Of a DNA stretch of 64,000 bases, positions 1 through 14,257 are shown piece by piece. Position 1 is the first letter of the stretch, and the number at the start of each line of letters is the position of its first letter. Source of the stretch: Octopus sinensis. Its lineage: Eukaryota. Made by a program: the position numbers and the translations under genes. The notes beneath the pieces are model-generated. The model ran no database searches. It was not told the origin of the DNA and worked only from the letters and a program-made list of their open reading frames with translations. The stretch spans positions 82,398,001 through 82,462,000 of the forward strand of contig NC_043001.1 in the NCBI RefSeq assembly GCF_006345805.1, given 5' to 3'.

Positions 1-905
1 CTAACCAGTACTTATTTTATCCACCCCGAAAAGATGAAAAGCGAGCTTCAAACGTAAAGTCGGAAGAAATGCCGCTAAAAATTCTGTCAGCTCGTTGCAT
101 TTTTTAATAATAATAAAAATCATCCTTTCTACTGTAGGAATAAGGCCTGAAATTTTGGGAGATGGGATAGTCGATTACATCGACCCCAGTGTTTAACTGG
201 TACTTATTTTATCGACCTCAAAAGAATGAAAGGCAAAGTCGACCTCGAAGCATTTGAACTCAGAACATAAAGACGGAAGAAATAACGCTGAGAAATGTGC
301 CCGGCATGCTAACGATTCTGCCAGCTTGTTGCACTTTCTAATAGTAATAATAATCATTTCTGCCTTAGGCACAAGGCTTGAAATTTGAAGGAAGGGAGAT
401 AATTGATGATATCGATCCTGATACTTATTTTATCCACCCGAAATGACGAAAGGCAAAGTCGACCTCGGGGAAATTTGAACTCCAGATGTAAAGCCAGAAG
501 AAATACCGCTAACCATTTTGTCTGGCATGCCAACGATCCTGTCAGCTCGTTCCGCTTTTTGATAATAATAATAATAACCAGGTAAAAACCACGCTTAAAA
601 GAAATACAGAAAACAACTCTGATGGGTACTGCACACATATTACGTAGAACCCTACACCTTAATATTCTGCCACTTTGCTGTCTTATCGTTTCACATTTTG
701 ACTCAAGACCAGCGATTGTAAGGAAGGGGTAAGTCAATTATATCGACCCCCCAGACTTCAACTGGTACTTATTTTATAGACCCCCGAAAAGATTAAAGAT
801 AAAATCGACCTCGATGGAATTTGAACTCAGATCCTAAAAAACCGAAAGAAATTCCGCTAAGCTTTTTATCCGACGCGCTACCGACTCTTCTAGCTTGCTG
901 CAATG
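1..905 (-). mobile_element. Cluster of four tRNA-derived SINE family A copies (approx. 1-105, 118-335, 352-555, 700-902)
   Basis: Each is the reverse complement of GAGCTGGCAGAATCGTTAGC (A-box-like) ... GAGTTCAAATTCC (B-box-like) ... GTCGACTTTGCCTTTCATCCTTTCGGGGTCGATAAA ... AAGTACCAGT. Several are separated by (TAA)n tails. Confidence 0.85.
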
Positions 906-1569
906 TGGTTATAGTGTCCGAGCATTTAGAATGTGCTATTCTCTTTGATACAGATGAAATTGGTTCGAAGACAGTAATATACGCTTAAAAGCTATCACAA
1001 TTGAAGTTAAGATGAACCGCACAGACAGCTGGGCAAGCATACAATACCACTTCTCCGATCCTTTTAGCGACAGAGAGGTTTTGGTCCATGTTGAGTAATT
1101 CTGTTTTCAACATTTTAGAGCTGTTAAATCTTTAGCTAATGAAGTTAATTGAAATATTTTATTTCTGTGTTTTTATTTTGATGAATGATTAACCTATAAA
1201 TATGTAACTTGGGGAAGTGTCTTCAAATACCATTCGCACCCTTTATACATTCAGTACGAGATGCTGGTTCATGGATGTGGAATAACTTCTTATAGGAATG
1301 TCCTCTATGCGTTTCGTTATAATAATTTCTTGTAGAAAGTATAAAACAACATTGGTAAGAAGATTCCTCAGCTGTCTGCTACAGTGATAGAAGTTCGTGG
1401 TTGCCATTTTCACAGCAAGAAGGTCTTGTTCATTTCATTATAAAGTACCTTTTGTTTTCCCTAGAACTACTCACCATTCTTAAAGTGGTGTCATTACTTG
1501 CAAGAGTAAGAAAGGAAGATAGATGATAGTAAAGTTCATTGGTCGTAGACACAGCTTTGGATTCTTGGC

Positions 1570-1660
1570 AATGACCACACACACATGCACACACACACAA
1601 CACACACACACACATACACACACATACATATGTATGCATACATATGTGCGTGTATGTATA

Positions 1661-1714
<54 letters not shown>

Positions 1715-1816
1715 GCATATACATATACAAATATATATGTATATACATATATATATATATATATACATATATATATGCATATACACATACATTGATATAT
1801 GTATGCATACATATAT

Positions 1817-1853
<37 letters not shown>

Positions 1854-1865
1854 ATATATATATAT
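1570..1865. repeat. Compound (CA)n/(TA)n microsatellite
   Basis: Direct reading; explains the YI/CV/HT ORFs at 1430-1896. Confidence 0.95.
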
Positions 1866-3004
1866 TGGTTTAACGGCATCTTTCTCGGTTGAATGATAAT
1901 GTCTTTGGTGAAGAGGAGAAATTAAGAAAACGCTTCTCTTCTTTCATTTCTATTGTGAAATACTGCTTAGAGACTTTCCATTTTATTAGCTTCATCTTAT
2001 AAATTGATTTCACATTCGAGCACAACAAATGGATGTTCATAACAACAATTTGCTGGTGAGAGGTTATCTTAAGCTGTCATTGGTACGATAGCAAACTATT
2101 GAACAATGAGTGACGCAACAATACTTTCATAATACCGTAGATATTTATTGTTTTTATATCCTAGGAAATATTATCACTAAAGCTTAATAAAGTTTATTGA
2201 GGGAATGAAGTGTAAATTTTATCAAAATCAAAATATGATATTAAATATTTCCTGTTCTCATTAGCAGACGATATGAGATACTTTTGTACCACAGAGAGCA
2301 AAATTGAATCGTTCATACGAAAGTATAAATCTGTTATAGTTTATCTAAATGGCTGACTACACGGAAACATATTGTATCAGTTTTGCTGCGAGAAACCCTT
2401 GGGCGTTTCTTGTTTGTATTTCGTTTGTCAACCATTATGTTATGTTGTAAATAAACATCGGTTGTTTTATATTCCTGCAGAAAGAAGAATTTTTTCTTGT
2501 AATTATTTTTTAACCCAGCCACATTTTCAACAGCTGTAAAATGGCGGTTTTCAGGGAGAAATTACTTTTATTAAGGCATCATTTCTTCTTTGCCTTTCCG
2601 TTTTTCCTAATTTCTTTTTCTGCTGTTATTTCTACTGTTTATTTTCTAGCTGTTTCTTTTTTTTACTTTAGTAATTTCATCTTTGGAAATACTTGCGTTT
2701 TTTCTCATTTTTGTATATTTTAACTACTTTTTTTATGTCGTATCTTTTGTTTTCTTTAGTGCCAAACCTAAAATAAACAAGCAAAAGGAAAACACAAAAA
2801 AATAACCCTGCTATGCACAAGCCAAAATAATAATGTAAAATACATATATAGTACTGTAGTTGCATTTTCCTGTAACTTACTGCAACTTAAAAATCTGCCT
2901 GCTTTGTTTGTTAAAATACATTATGATTTTTCAAAAAAATATATACAACACATTGCATCGTCACAGAAAAATATAATTGATTACGTTAGAATATAAAACA
3001 ACAT

Positions 3005-3547
3005 AACCCCGTGGTTTCGGATTCGGTTCCACTGCACCAGCTTGAACATGTGTCTTTTACTGTAACACCGGGCTGACCTTGTAAGTGAAGTATTAGAGGA
3101 AACCGTGGAAGTGTGGAATACTGTCGCATGCAAAGATACATACATACATACATACATACATACATACATACATACATACATACATACATACATACATACA
3201 CGTAGATAGGTATGTATGTATGCATATATATATATGTGTGTGTGTGTGTGTGTATATAAATATATATATACACACACAAACATGCGTATACAAACACACA
3301 CATATAGGAAGGTCTTTGTCTGTGTTTGCTACCTTTCCCACCGCTTGACAACTGATGCTGATTTGTCTGCCTTCTCTTACTTTAGCGGTCCGGCAAGAAT
3401 GATCGATAGAATAATAGAATTATAAGCATCGGTCTTTAAACTTAAAAATAATAAAAAAGTACCGGGCTCGATTTCTTCGGCTAAAACTCTTCAAGATGAT
3501 GCCCCACATTGGCTGCAGTCCTCTGATTGAAACAAGTAAAAGATAAA
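3005..3547 (+). mobile_element. SINE family B copy (CORE-like), 5' truncated, with internal (TACA)n/(TG)n array
   Basis: Diverged GGTTCGGTTCCACTGC..TGTCTTTTACT body, then ACCGCTTGACAACTGATGCT...CTTAGCGG...GGCTGCAGTC..TGAAACAAGTAAAAG tail shared with 33295-33771. Confidence 0.7.
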
Positions 3548-3834
3548 TCATTGTAAACGAGACCGAATGCAGTACTATTACAGAAGCCAACTTTAACATA
3601 ATCAAGTATTGTAATATACAGTAGAAAAAATATAGCCATTTACATAAAGTAGTGTAGATTATATCATACCACAATATAATACAATACAACTTAACTCTAA
3701 ATGTTACAATAATGTATTTTACAGATAGATTCAACAAAATACTGTTCTTTACAAAACAATTTTTGTAAGGAAAATCAATGAAGTATATAGAAGCAATACG
3801 CTAGAGCATATTATAAGCGCAAAATCACTTTATG

Positions 3835-3885
3835 AATGTTTATGTATATATGTGTATATGCATATATGTATATATATATATATAT

Positions 3886-3982
<97 letters not shown>

Positions 3983-4100
3983 ATGTATGATGCATGATAT
4001 ATTTATATACACATATATATGTATCGATAGGTACATATACATACATATATGTGTATGTTTATATATATATATATATTATATACATGCATACATGCGTTGC
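3835..4100. repeat. Compound (TA)n/(TG)n microsatellite
   Basis: Direct reading. Confidence 0.95.
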
Positions 4101-4295
4101 TTAATGTGTTGAACGAATGAGAAAGGAGTTCTTAATAGGCATTGTAGCGCTTATTTAATTAATTAAAACTGAAGTTTAGAGATTACCTCACGGCTTGAGT
4201 TTCACGCCACGCCAATCTTTTAGCATGATGATCGTCACTGCATGAAACTCGAATGTCGTGAGATGAACTTTTAGCTCCAATCTTAACAAAATAAA

Positions 4296-4376
<81 letters not shown>

Positions 4377-4780
4377 CAAAATTCAAGCTGAAGGGGACAT
4401 AAAATTTCGTATATCGGCTGGTTCATCCATTGAAGGAAACTTTGCATATGAGTGATTTGCTTTTGTATAGGAAAGAAAGCTTTATGAAATGAAAGGGGTG
4501 AATATGATGGGTTTTGAATATGACTGGTTTTCAGTGTAGTAAAGATCTCGGTGAATGGTAGTTAAAGGTTACGATGCAGATTAAACTTGTAAATCAGTAG
4601 AAAGGTTGGTAGAAAATTGAATGTTATGGATAGGGTAGAGACAAGAAGACGGTTTACAAAATTATGTGATATTGGTTGCTGCAAAGTCATATTGAAATCC
4701 ATAGTTTGCGGTATATTGTAAACGGATTGAGATTTTTCTTATAAATGTGTCATTTGGAATCTTTTTATCTTTCTAAATAA

Positions 4781-4945
4781 AGGCGCGGGTGTGGCTGTGT
4801 GGTAGGAAGCTTGTTTCTCAACCATATAGTCCCGGCTTCAATCCCATTGCGTGGTACTTCAGGCAAGTGGCTTCTACTGTAGACCCGCGCCGACCTAAGC
4901 TTTGTGAGGGGATTCGGTAGACGGAAGCTGAAAGAAGCCCGTCCT
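4781..4945 (+). mobile_element. SINE family B 5' half
   Basis: AGGCGCGGGTGTGGCTGTGTGGTAGGAAGCTTG (A-box-like head), TTCAATCCC B-box-like, GGCAAGTGGCTTCTACT core, GAAAGAAGCCCGTC before TA/TG repeat. Confidence 0.85.
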
Positions 4946-5395
4946 GTGTATATATATATATGTGTGTGTGTATCAGGATGAGGAACTATTTCTAAGCCAC
5001 TATTGTTTCGATCTCTACTCTAACCTGGAGTAGGGGCACGTTTCAGGATCCCAGTTGTGAGTCATTTAGCATATTAGGACTTGCCTATCTAAGTATGTGA
5101 AAACTGGATGCACCTGACTCTGCGAAGCAATCTTCCTGTTTCAACGGAGGGAAAGGTGTCTGCAGCATTGCCATTGTTGTATGCGGAGACCAAGATGATG
5201 CAAGTAAGACATCTTGATCATCCACTACACCCGTTTCCGTCCCTATCCATCTTGATATGGTCTCGTCACTAGATTTAAAATCGTCGTAGACGTGAGAGTG
5301 AAGTTGGCGATACGCAACACTTCTTCACTTTAAACGAAGTTATCACTCCAGTCATCAGTCATCCTTAAGGATGACTAGATGTTCTGACGGACGTA

Positions 5396-5451
<56 letters not shown>

Positions 5452-8400
5452 CGTGTGTGTCAGTATCTGTGTGTGTGTGTGCGTGTGTGTCAGTATGTAT
5501 GTGTGTGTGTGTGTGTGCACGCTCATGGATTCCAGTTTCTAAAGTAATTGTGTGTATATATGTTTGTAGAAGGAAAGAACTTGTATTTTTCCGGTTTTAA
5601 ATTCCCCATGAGTATATAAGTGAAAAACTATGTTTGGTATGCTTCTGTTTGCTAAAACTGTTTGGGTTGCACAATAAATTACGTAATTTCAAACGAATAT
5701 CTAAACTTATTTTAGAGTAATTGTTTTAAACGAATAGAGTAAAATGTGTCACAGGACAACACAGGAATATACGGAAACAGGGAAAAACAAACAATGGAAC
5801 CGAACACGCTCAACCCTCATCCTTTATCGACCAAATATCATCACAATTTCGACGCCTGTTTTTTCCGGAATTCTCCAGAGATCCTTTTCTGTATTGTTGT
5901 TGTAGCGGTTCAGAGCAACACCTAATATGTTTCTGTCAATCTAATGACGTAAAATATGAGTAAAGAGAATAACATAAAATGATAGAACAGCAATTAAACG
6001 AATACAATTAACAATATCAATTTGTATAACCGGAGAAATACAAAGCCTACTGTCCACGATATAAGAATGAATAAACTCCGAGATAACAGGAAATATTTAT
6101 TCTTTTGGAACAGTGGATCTCGAAGCGGAAAAAGTTTTAAATAATAGCCTGTAATATTAAGTAAAGAGTGTATTATTTGGTTTTGGTCGATCCTGATTGA
6201 GTGTGGACTCTTTTATATTGTACAGTATAGAGACTTTTCTTGGTATATTGGCAATGCCCCTGGAATTGCCCCTGGATGAAGGTCGTTCAGAGACAATCCC
6301 AACGGACCCAGGGCAAATGTGGCCCTTCAGCTCTTTAATTGTTCATCTCAGAAGAGGAAACTCCAAACAAATCTTGAGGTCTGGTAATTACTGAGCTTCT
6401 GGCACTTGTTGCAACCCACCAATATAAGTTTGAAGAATGACAGAATGGGACTGGCTCTGCTCAAACTATGCCCACTGTTATGATATTTATTGTGCAGCCT
6501 GTTCAGCAAACCAAGACACCAATACTAACATCGTCACATTTTCTTCATAGACCCAGTGGCAAAAAAAAAAAAAAGAAATGAAAGAGGCCACAGAGACAAG
6601 TAGAAGATGTCCTGGAAATCTTCACCTTCGACCCTGCACACAGGCAGTCATGAGGATATGGTCGTTTTATGCAGATGTTACGCTGAACCCTCATTCACTA
6701 AAGTGACAAGAGAGTTCACCATATTGGCAATACCAGTATATTGTGTATTTCATGTTGTTTAGAACTGCCAGCTATTTTCATAAATATATTGGACAATATC
6801 TTAATTTATTAAGTCAAATGCACCAGTTGGTACAGAGATAGCCGTTGCTTTCATCTGCTACAATTGAAAAATTTCAATTTTCGTGTCCTTCTGTACTTCG
6901 TTTCGCTGGGAAACCAGTTAATGTACAAAATTGGCTCGATTATCAGGAGAAATAATAATACAACTCTTGGAAGCAAATTATGATAAAACAATCAAAACTA
7001 CAATAAAACAACAAAAGACAATATGAAAAGGAAAGTTGATGGAATGAAAAAAAAAACTCTCAGTTAACAGTGAAATCAATAAACATCTCTCAGAGATGAA
7101 AGTGGTAAAAAAAAATGAAATGAAAATGCTTATCATGCGTGAAAAAATAGCATTAGGGGGAGGGGGGATAATTGAGGCTCATAGTATTGGCGTTATCATA
7201 GTGAATAAGATGTTTATAGGAATGTAAGCTGTTCATTAATGGCCAACAGATAATCTGAAAGATAAACTAAACAAAAACTAGTGTATCGGCTACAATAGCA
7301 GAACCAGAATACAGAGATGAGTTTAGTCTGTATAATTACAAAATCACAGCCATATCAGAGCACTACATTGGTCAGATATACGCGTTTTTAATATGACCTT
7401 GATAATAAAATCGATCAGTGGTTAGGAGGGTTCGAGTTTCCGTTCGAAAATAACTGGTTAAAAAAGAGAAATATCTACAATATATTCGAAAAGCTATTAG
7501 TTAGATATTTTCTATAACTAGAAGCATCATAGGGATAATGTCAGAGAATTGGAACTGTTTTTACGGGTTCATGAAGATTTTTACGTTCTGGAACCAGAAG
7601 CATCTTCAGAATGATTTGCGAAAATTGGAACCATTTGTGCAGGTTTTTGAGGATTTTCCATTTTTCCATTTATCTCGTGCTATATCTCCAACCCAGAGTG
7701 AACCGCTTCGGTTCTCGATTGACATTATTGAGTAAGTTGTCTACTGGAATATTTCGAGATGTCTGGAAAAATCAAATTCAAGGCTTTTCTCAAATAACAC
7801 TGCCATCCTTCTAAGTCACATCCTCTCGGTAATTTCTTCATTCCGTTTCTAATTAACATTCATATGTCTTATAAAATAGCAAAGGCCCAAAAGACTGGAT
7901 TTTCCACTCACCAGTGCCAACTCTTATCATCTTTATACTTTTCCGTTTATTAAATTTTGCCAAAGCTGAATCTCTTCAATTCTTCAATTTACCTTGTCTT
8001 AACATTACAGAATTTCTTAGTCACCTCTTGCAAGATTTTCGTAACATACCCAGCGAGAATATATATATATATGCTAATAGCTTATAGTATATGGCGGCGA
8101 ATTGGCAATATGTTACACTTTTACAAGAAGGTGACAGTAACTTCGATGTTTCGGCCTGCTATCCTTCGAGAAAGTGTTGAAGAATTCTCCTGTTAAATGT
8201 TTTCATCATAACTCGACATAAATAGGAACATTATTATCTATATACATATCGTTGCTATCATGCAAAAGTCCAAAACTCCAAAACGCTTTTCAGAAAACAG
8301 GAAAAATAGTTTCATCATTCCATTTCTTTTTACATTAGCGACTGTTTCAGCTTAACAATAATACTTTGTTGAGTGCATTAAATCGTAACTCCATGCATGT

Positions 8401-8714
8401 ATGATATTTTCAGTGAGAAATATCTTTGCAAATCTGTCGTATGTGGGACTTTCTACATTTTTGAAAACTGCTAAACCGTTGTACTACATTTTGACAATTT
8501 TAGATATCTTGGCTTCTGAAGCAGCTGGAGATACGGTAGTTTGACTAAAAGAACCAGCTATTGCAACAAAAAGTAAATATTGAAAACAACGCATTTCGTC
8601 AAATTTGGACATACGACAGTTTAACCTAATAGCAACGATATATACATACATGTATACAGCGCGCGCACGCACACATGTTTCTTTCATCTTTTATATTTTA
8701 TTTTTTACATTCAT

Positions 8715-8907
8715 CAGAGTATGAGCATGCTGCTGCATCTCCTAGAAAAACTTCAGTCGAAAAAATCGACACCAGCTCATATATTTTTAATCCTGGTTAA
8801 TATCCTATCGTTTCTATTTGCCGAACCGGTAGATTCAGTGACGTAAAGACACAAACACCGGTTGTCACGCAGCAGTGGGGGATAACACACAAATATAAAG
8901 ACACACA

Positions 8908-8944
<37 letters not shown>

Positions 8945-9015
8945 GATGAATTTCTTACAGTTTCCGTTTGCCAGATCTACTCACAAGGTTTTGTTTGACT
9001 CGGGCTTATCACGCA
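8715..9015 (-). mobile_element. SINE family B copy (diverged)
   Basis: TTTCTTACAGTTTCCGTTTGCCAGATCTACTCACAAGG and ACAAACACCGGTTGTCA match the reverse complement of family B body and tail. Confidence 0.7.
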
Positions 9016-9017
9016 GG

Positions 9018-9039
9018 TATGCATACATACATACATACA

Positions 9040-9072
<33 letters not shown>

Positions 9073-9191
9073 GTATTCATACATACATACATACATACAT
9101 ACATACATACATACATACATACATACATGCACACATACATACATACATACATAGATACCTACATACATACATACATACATACATACATACA

Positions 9192-9222
<31 letters not shown>

Positions 9223-9225
9223 GTA
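9018..9225. repeat. (TACA)n tetranucleotide array
   Basis: Direct reading. Confidence 0.95.
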
Positions 9226-10124
9226 CTGTATATATAATGTATATATATGGCTCTCTGATAAGTAGTTTGCTTCCCAACTATATGGTTCCGGGTTCAGTCC
9301 CTTTGCGTATATGTATGTATATATGTATGCACAAGTAGCTGTGATAATATAATCATATAATTGTGCACATATATTGTATATCAATATGTAGTAGCAGCCA
9401 GTGGTAGGCTCCTTGGTATTTATACTGGGATGTTAGGACTAGAACATTGATTGACTTCATCCTGTTAATAGGTGAAGGAGGCTCTGGCTAATTAATCTCA
9501 CGAATTCATGCCGTCAAGTTAGTGAAGTTAGTTAATGAAATGACAGAGACGTAACGTCCATCCGGTTGAGATGTTAGAGGTGCCAATAGTGAAAACGCAG
9601 ACAAATTGAAAATATTTCCGTTTCATAGACACAAATAATGCCATTGATTTTTCTTAAACACAGCAATGTCATCAAGCAACTGCTCAGCGTACACACACTT
9701 AGCAACATTTGTATAAATGAATGGGTTGTATTTTAACAACAACATGGCGTCGGTAAAAGCGCTAAACAACAGCAATATGAGTGGTAGAAGCTTCAGTAAC
9801 AATAAGAACAAGAGAATCACTAATATTAGCAGCAGCTGCTTCATTAGTTGAATTGAGTAATTCTTTCAACCGTTATAACGAGACAGCAGCCATTGTGGTA
9901 AATTTTGTTGATTAAATAAACACCCGTATAATTACTTCCGGTAGCACAATACGGCGATTGCTGTGATCAGTTTGACGAGGAAGCTAGAAAAACTAATTAA
10001 ATGCCATATAATCAAATTAAGAGAAATTAGTAAATTCAGATTTATTTTATTTACTTATTTTTATTTTATTTTATTTATTTATGTTTTGCTAATTTTCAAT
10101 CCGATAACCAATTCATTTAATACT

Positions 10125-10134
<10 letters not shown>

Positions 10135-10190
<56 letters not shown>
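10135..10190. repeat. (TTA)n trinucleotide array
   Basis: Direct reading. Confidence 0.95.
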
Positions 10191-10191
<1 letters not shown>

Positions 10192-10689
10192 CCTTAACAA
10201 CATCCGTATTTTGACATTCGTACGTATTTACGACTTTCAGAACATTTCTATGAATGCACAAAGAGTTTTATAAAGGATAGTAAAAGTTTTTGTGTAGTGT
10301 TGAAGATTTTTAAATCAAATTTAATGTTTATTTCAATATATTAAAAAAAAATGCAAATTACAAAACTGTCACGAAATTCCTCACGAAATATTTCTTCTAT
10401 TTCCCACGTTAGCTGTTTATATCCAGAATATTCCATCATGTTTATTGAATGTGTCCAGCTGATGTATTTAAAACTGTCTGAACAGAAACTGCGTGAATGA
10501 AGACAACACATGCTTCTTACTCTTGTCTTCCACCCCAAGAACTAACCAGATATTTTTCCAAACAGTGACTCACAAACATTACTCAACAACTCCGACATTA
10601 TTTCCCTGTAGAATGATATAAAACGTGCTTCATTTTACTTCATGTGCAATAACGATTCAATCCAAAATGTTTTTCCTTTTATCTCTATT

Positions 10690-10942
10690 ATTTCCTCGTT
10701 TCGATCATGGTACACTGGCCATGCTGGGGCACCGCCTTGAAGTGTTTAGTCGAACAAATCGATCCCGGTATTTTAAAAAACACCTGGTGCTTATTCTATT
10801 GGTTTCTTATTGTCGAACTTCTAGGTAATGAGGACATAAACAAAACATTACCGGTTGTCGAGTATTAGTGGAGGACAAACACAAACGCACAGACCTCCAC
10901 ACACGCACGTACACACACCCCTACACAGGTACACACACATAA

Positions 10943-10975
<33 letters not shown>

Positions 10976-11250
10976 TGTATGTATGTATGTATGTATGTAT
11001 GGATGGATGGATGGATGGATGGATAGATAGATGGATGGGTAGATGGATGGATAGATGGATGGATGGATAGATGGATGGATGGATGGATGGGTGGATTGCT
11101 GTATACGATGGATGGATGGATACATACCATGGACGTCCACACAATTTCTGTCTACCAAATTCAATCACAAGGCATTAGTCGGTCCGAGAGTTTAGTAGAA
11201 GATACCCAGGACTGAACCCCAAACCACGGGCTGGCAAAGCGAGCTACTTA
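10690..11250 (-). mobile_element. SINE family B copy with internal (TATG)n/(GGAT)n array
   Basis: GGCCATGCTGGGGCACCGCCTTGAAG tail, TCTGTCTACCAAATTCAATCACAAGGC body, CTTAACCACACAGCCA head (all reverse complement). Confidence 0.85.
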
Positions 11251-11349
11251 ACCACACAGCCATGCACTCGCCTATAGCATTTCTTTTTTAAGAACGATCC
11301 TGAAAAAGGAAAATAAACAGCCCGCGAATCAGGGACATTTTTCAAGTCG

Positions 11350-11625
11350 CCGACTGTTTTCTTCATGGCTTTAAGTGATCCAATCACATCTGGTCTTGTT
11401 TCCGTCTTCAGGTTCCACAGTGGGTTTATTTCAATTTCTAGGTCTTTATATTTGTAATATTTATCATATTCCTTGTCAGGCACATTTTTGGTAGATGCAG
11501 TTATCATATCTATAAGCTGGCAAATCTTGGTTTTGGTATCTTTTAAAGATACCCAAAAACAATGTGCGATCAGATGGTATTGTAAAGTTTCAAAGGATGG
11601 TGATACCGTTACTTTCAAGGACTGA
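11350..11625 (-). mobile_element. Dong/R4-type (restriction-like endonuclease) non-LTR retrotransposon 3' fragment
   Basis: Translation KICQLIDMITAS..DKEYDKYYKYKDLEIEINPLWNLKTETRPDVIGSL fits the ID..P...KE..K..KYKDL.IE...W....PVVIGALG C-terminal endonuclease pattern of R2/R4-group elements. Confidence 0.7.
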
Positions 11626-12199
11626 TTTCGGTTAGTGTTCATATCAGCTTCTCGCATGTTCAGTCTTCAGGTGTCTCTCACACACATCACACACACACAG
11701 ACACACATGCACACACACACACACACATGCACACACATACACACACATGTATACACACATATACACACACACATGCACACACACACACACATGAACACAC
11801 ACATACACACACACATGTACACACACATATACACAAACACACACATACACAACACATATACACACACACACATGCACACACACATATACACACGCAAAGT
11901 CAAACTGTGTTTATCTGCATTACTATCTTTCCCACTCTCTCTCTCCCTATATATATAAATATGTATATTATGTCGCTTGTATATATGTGTGTGTGTACGT
12001 ATATATATATATACATATATATGCTGTATATATATGTGCGTGTGAGTGTATGTGTGTTATTTCAAAGACAACTAGGATTACGTGAAGACGTAATAATCGC
12101 AGCAGGCTTATTCAATTCGACCTTACAATCTTCACTGAAAGACGTGCAAGGGTATTCTAAGAAAAAAAAAATTGAAAACAAACACACCAGTCTTCTTTA

Positions 12200-12274
<75 letters not shown>

Positions 12275-12543
12275 CACGCACCCATTCACACATGTATGTA
12301 TGTATTTCCCACACGTATCTCAGTTTCTTAATTCATCAAAATCAATGATATAAAAAAGGCGTACACAGTAAAAGGTTCAAAATATTTCTTTTTCTAAGCT
12401 GTGATTATGTGGAGAAGTGGAACGGAAATTAACGAATCTTGAAAATATCGCACAATGTAAATATATGCATATTACCTGTAAATTTTAAAGAGAAATAGAG
12501 AGAGGGAGGAGAAAGAAAGAGACACAGAGAGAGAGAGAGACAG

Positions 12544-12586
<43 letters not shown>

Positions 12587-12748
12587 AAGCTGTAGATGAA
12601 AAAAAACAATATATATTTTTAAACAATTGCTAATTTTTATACGTTTATTTTATACACCTAGTCCTATTAGCTCCTAAATCTTCAAACAAACAAACCTCAT
12701 CTGCAGCTGAATTAAATTCCAGCTTTAATTTATTTGATAAACATTACA

Positions 12749-12785
<37 letters not shown>

Positions 12786-13545
12786 ACACGCACACACACA
12801 CACACAAACACACGCACCCAAGCAAATAATCTGCAATTGCCGAAGACATCTTATTACTAAACAGACATAGATTCTCAACGCGATTTCTCTTTTAAACTAT
12901 TTATATTTTCGTTAAACCAGCGATGAATTGTCAGGATTTTCACGTTAAAATCCTAATTTACGATTTGTTTACTCTAAATTGAATATTTACCGAAAATATT
13001 TCAAAATAATATTTAGCAGCCTATGGAATTTTTTGTTTATTTTATCATTCAATAAATTATGTATTCACAATTTTTGTTTGATATAATAAGAGGAAATTAA
13101 AATATTCATGAAATATCATTTCTCGAAGGAAGTTGCTTTGATGTTAATGTAAAGAATGAAAGTTCTGATATTACGAGACAAAGTATGTAGCCAATAAGAC
13201 CGATCTGTGAAGCATGACGCGCGCAGTTATCGGGCGGAGTGTTTGTGTTTATATGCATGGAGTGCTGCATGAACGTTAAATGAAAGAAATGAAGAGGATT
13301 CGTTTGTAAATATTGAAAGAGCCATTCTAAGTCATCATCGAGATATAATATATTTGGCTGTGTAATTTGAATTAAAATATAAACGTCAGCTTCAAAATTT
13401 ACCGGTTCAATTGGCTATACAATAATATAACGGCGTATGTTTCAGATGCTTATCTCCCCACGCCAACGAGCACAACTGTCCGGCAAACGGAAACGTGAAA
13501 ATGAGTAGCAGTTTTTTGAATTTTTTGCAGCTTTAATATAAAGAG

Positions 13546-13577
<32 letters not shown>

Positions 13578-13724
13578 TGTATGTATGTATGTGTATATGC
13601 ATGTACGCATGTATGTATGTACGTATGTATGTTTGTTTGTATGTATGCATGCATGTATGTATGTATGCATGTATGTATGTATGTATGTATATATATATAC
13701 GTGTTTGTTTGTATATGTATGTAG

Positions 13725-13759
<35 letters not shown>

Positions 13760-13957
13760 CATATATATATATTAAAAGTGGCTTGAATTATTTGCAATTT
13801 ACAACCGAAAGGCAGAAATACTGACGTCATTAAAGTGTCTCAGGGCACTAGTCAGTATCAGTATTGCTAGAAATGAGAGTCAAAACAACTCATAGCTACA
13901 GGAAACACTTGTCATTATGATTGACAAGGGAGGCAATCTTTCTACATCCAGGGCATA

Positions 13958-14005
13958 GCCAGATCACTAGTGATTTCGCATTTGATTAATGCTTATCAGT
14001 TGCTC
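13958..14005 (-). ncRNA. Type I hammerhead ribozyme motif, degenerate core (CUGAUAA)
   Basis: Minus strand GAGCAA CTGATAA GCATT AATCA AATGC GAAA TCACTAGTGAT C TGGC; core G8 is mutated. Confidence 0.6.
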
Positions 14006-14207
14006 TTACTGGGCCTAGGGTTAAGCTCCCTCACCTTGTCAGTTTATAAGACTGCGGTAGAAATCGTACGCTGATTTCATAAATTGCGAATAAGCTAACT
14101 TTACTATTTATAATTTTCATTGTTATCGTTTATGAAATCAGAGTGCGATTTCTATGGTAAGTCTTATAAACCGACAAGGCGAGCGAGCTTAACTCTAGGC
14201 CGCGTAA

Positions 14208-14257
14208 GAGCCACTGACGAGCATTAACCAAATGCAAAATCACTAGTGATCTGGCTT
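14208..14257 (+). ncRNA. Type I hammerhead ribozyme motif, degenerate core (GAAA to AAAA)
   Basis: GAGCCA CTGACGA GCATT AACCA AATGC AAAA TCACTAGTGAT C TGGCTT: 6-bp stem I, 5-bp stem II, palindromic stem III, AUC cleavage triplet. Confidence 0.65.

Noticed and set aside
5358-5377. 20-bp palindrome AGTCATCCTTAAGGATGACT
   Set aside because: Isolated and short, with no associated element; may be chance or a repair scar.
6200-6760. GC-richer segment that may be a decayed LINE
   Set aside because: Only faint motif resemblance (LDEGR, WDW); not enough to assign a family.
9717-9851. Asn/Ser-rich short frame MNGLYFNNNMAS..
   Set aside because: About 44 codons with an in-frame stop immediately upstream; likely degenerate AAC/AGC repeat.
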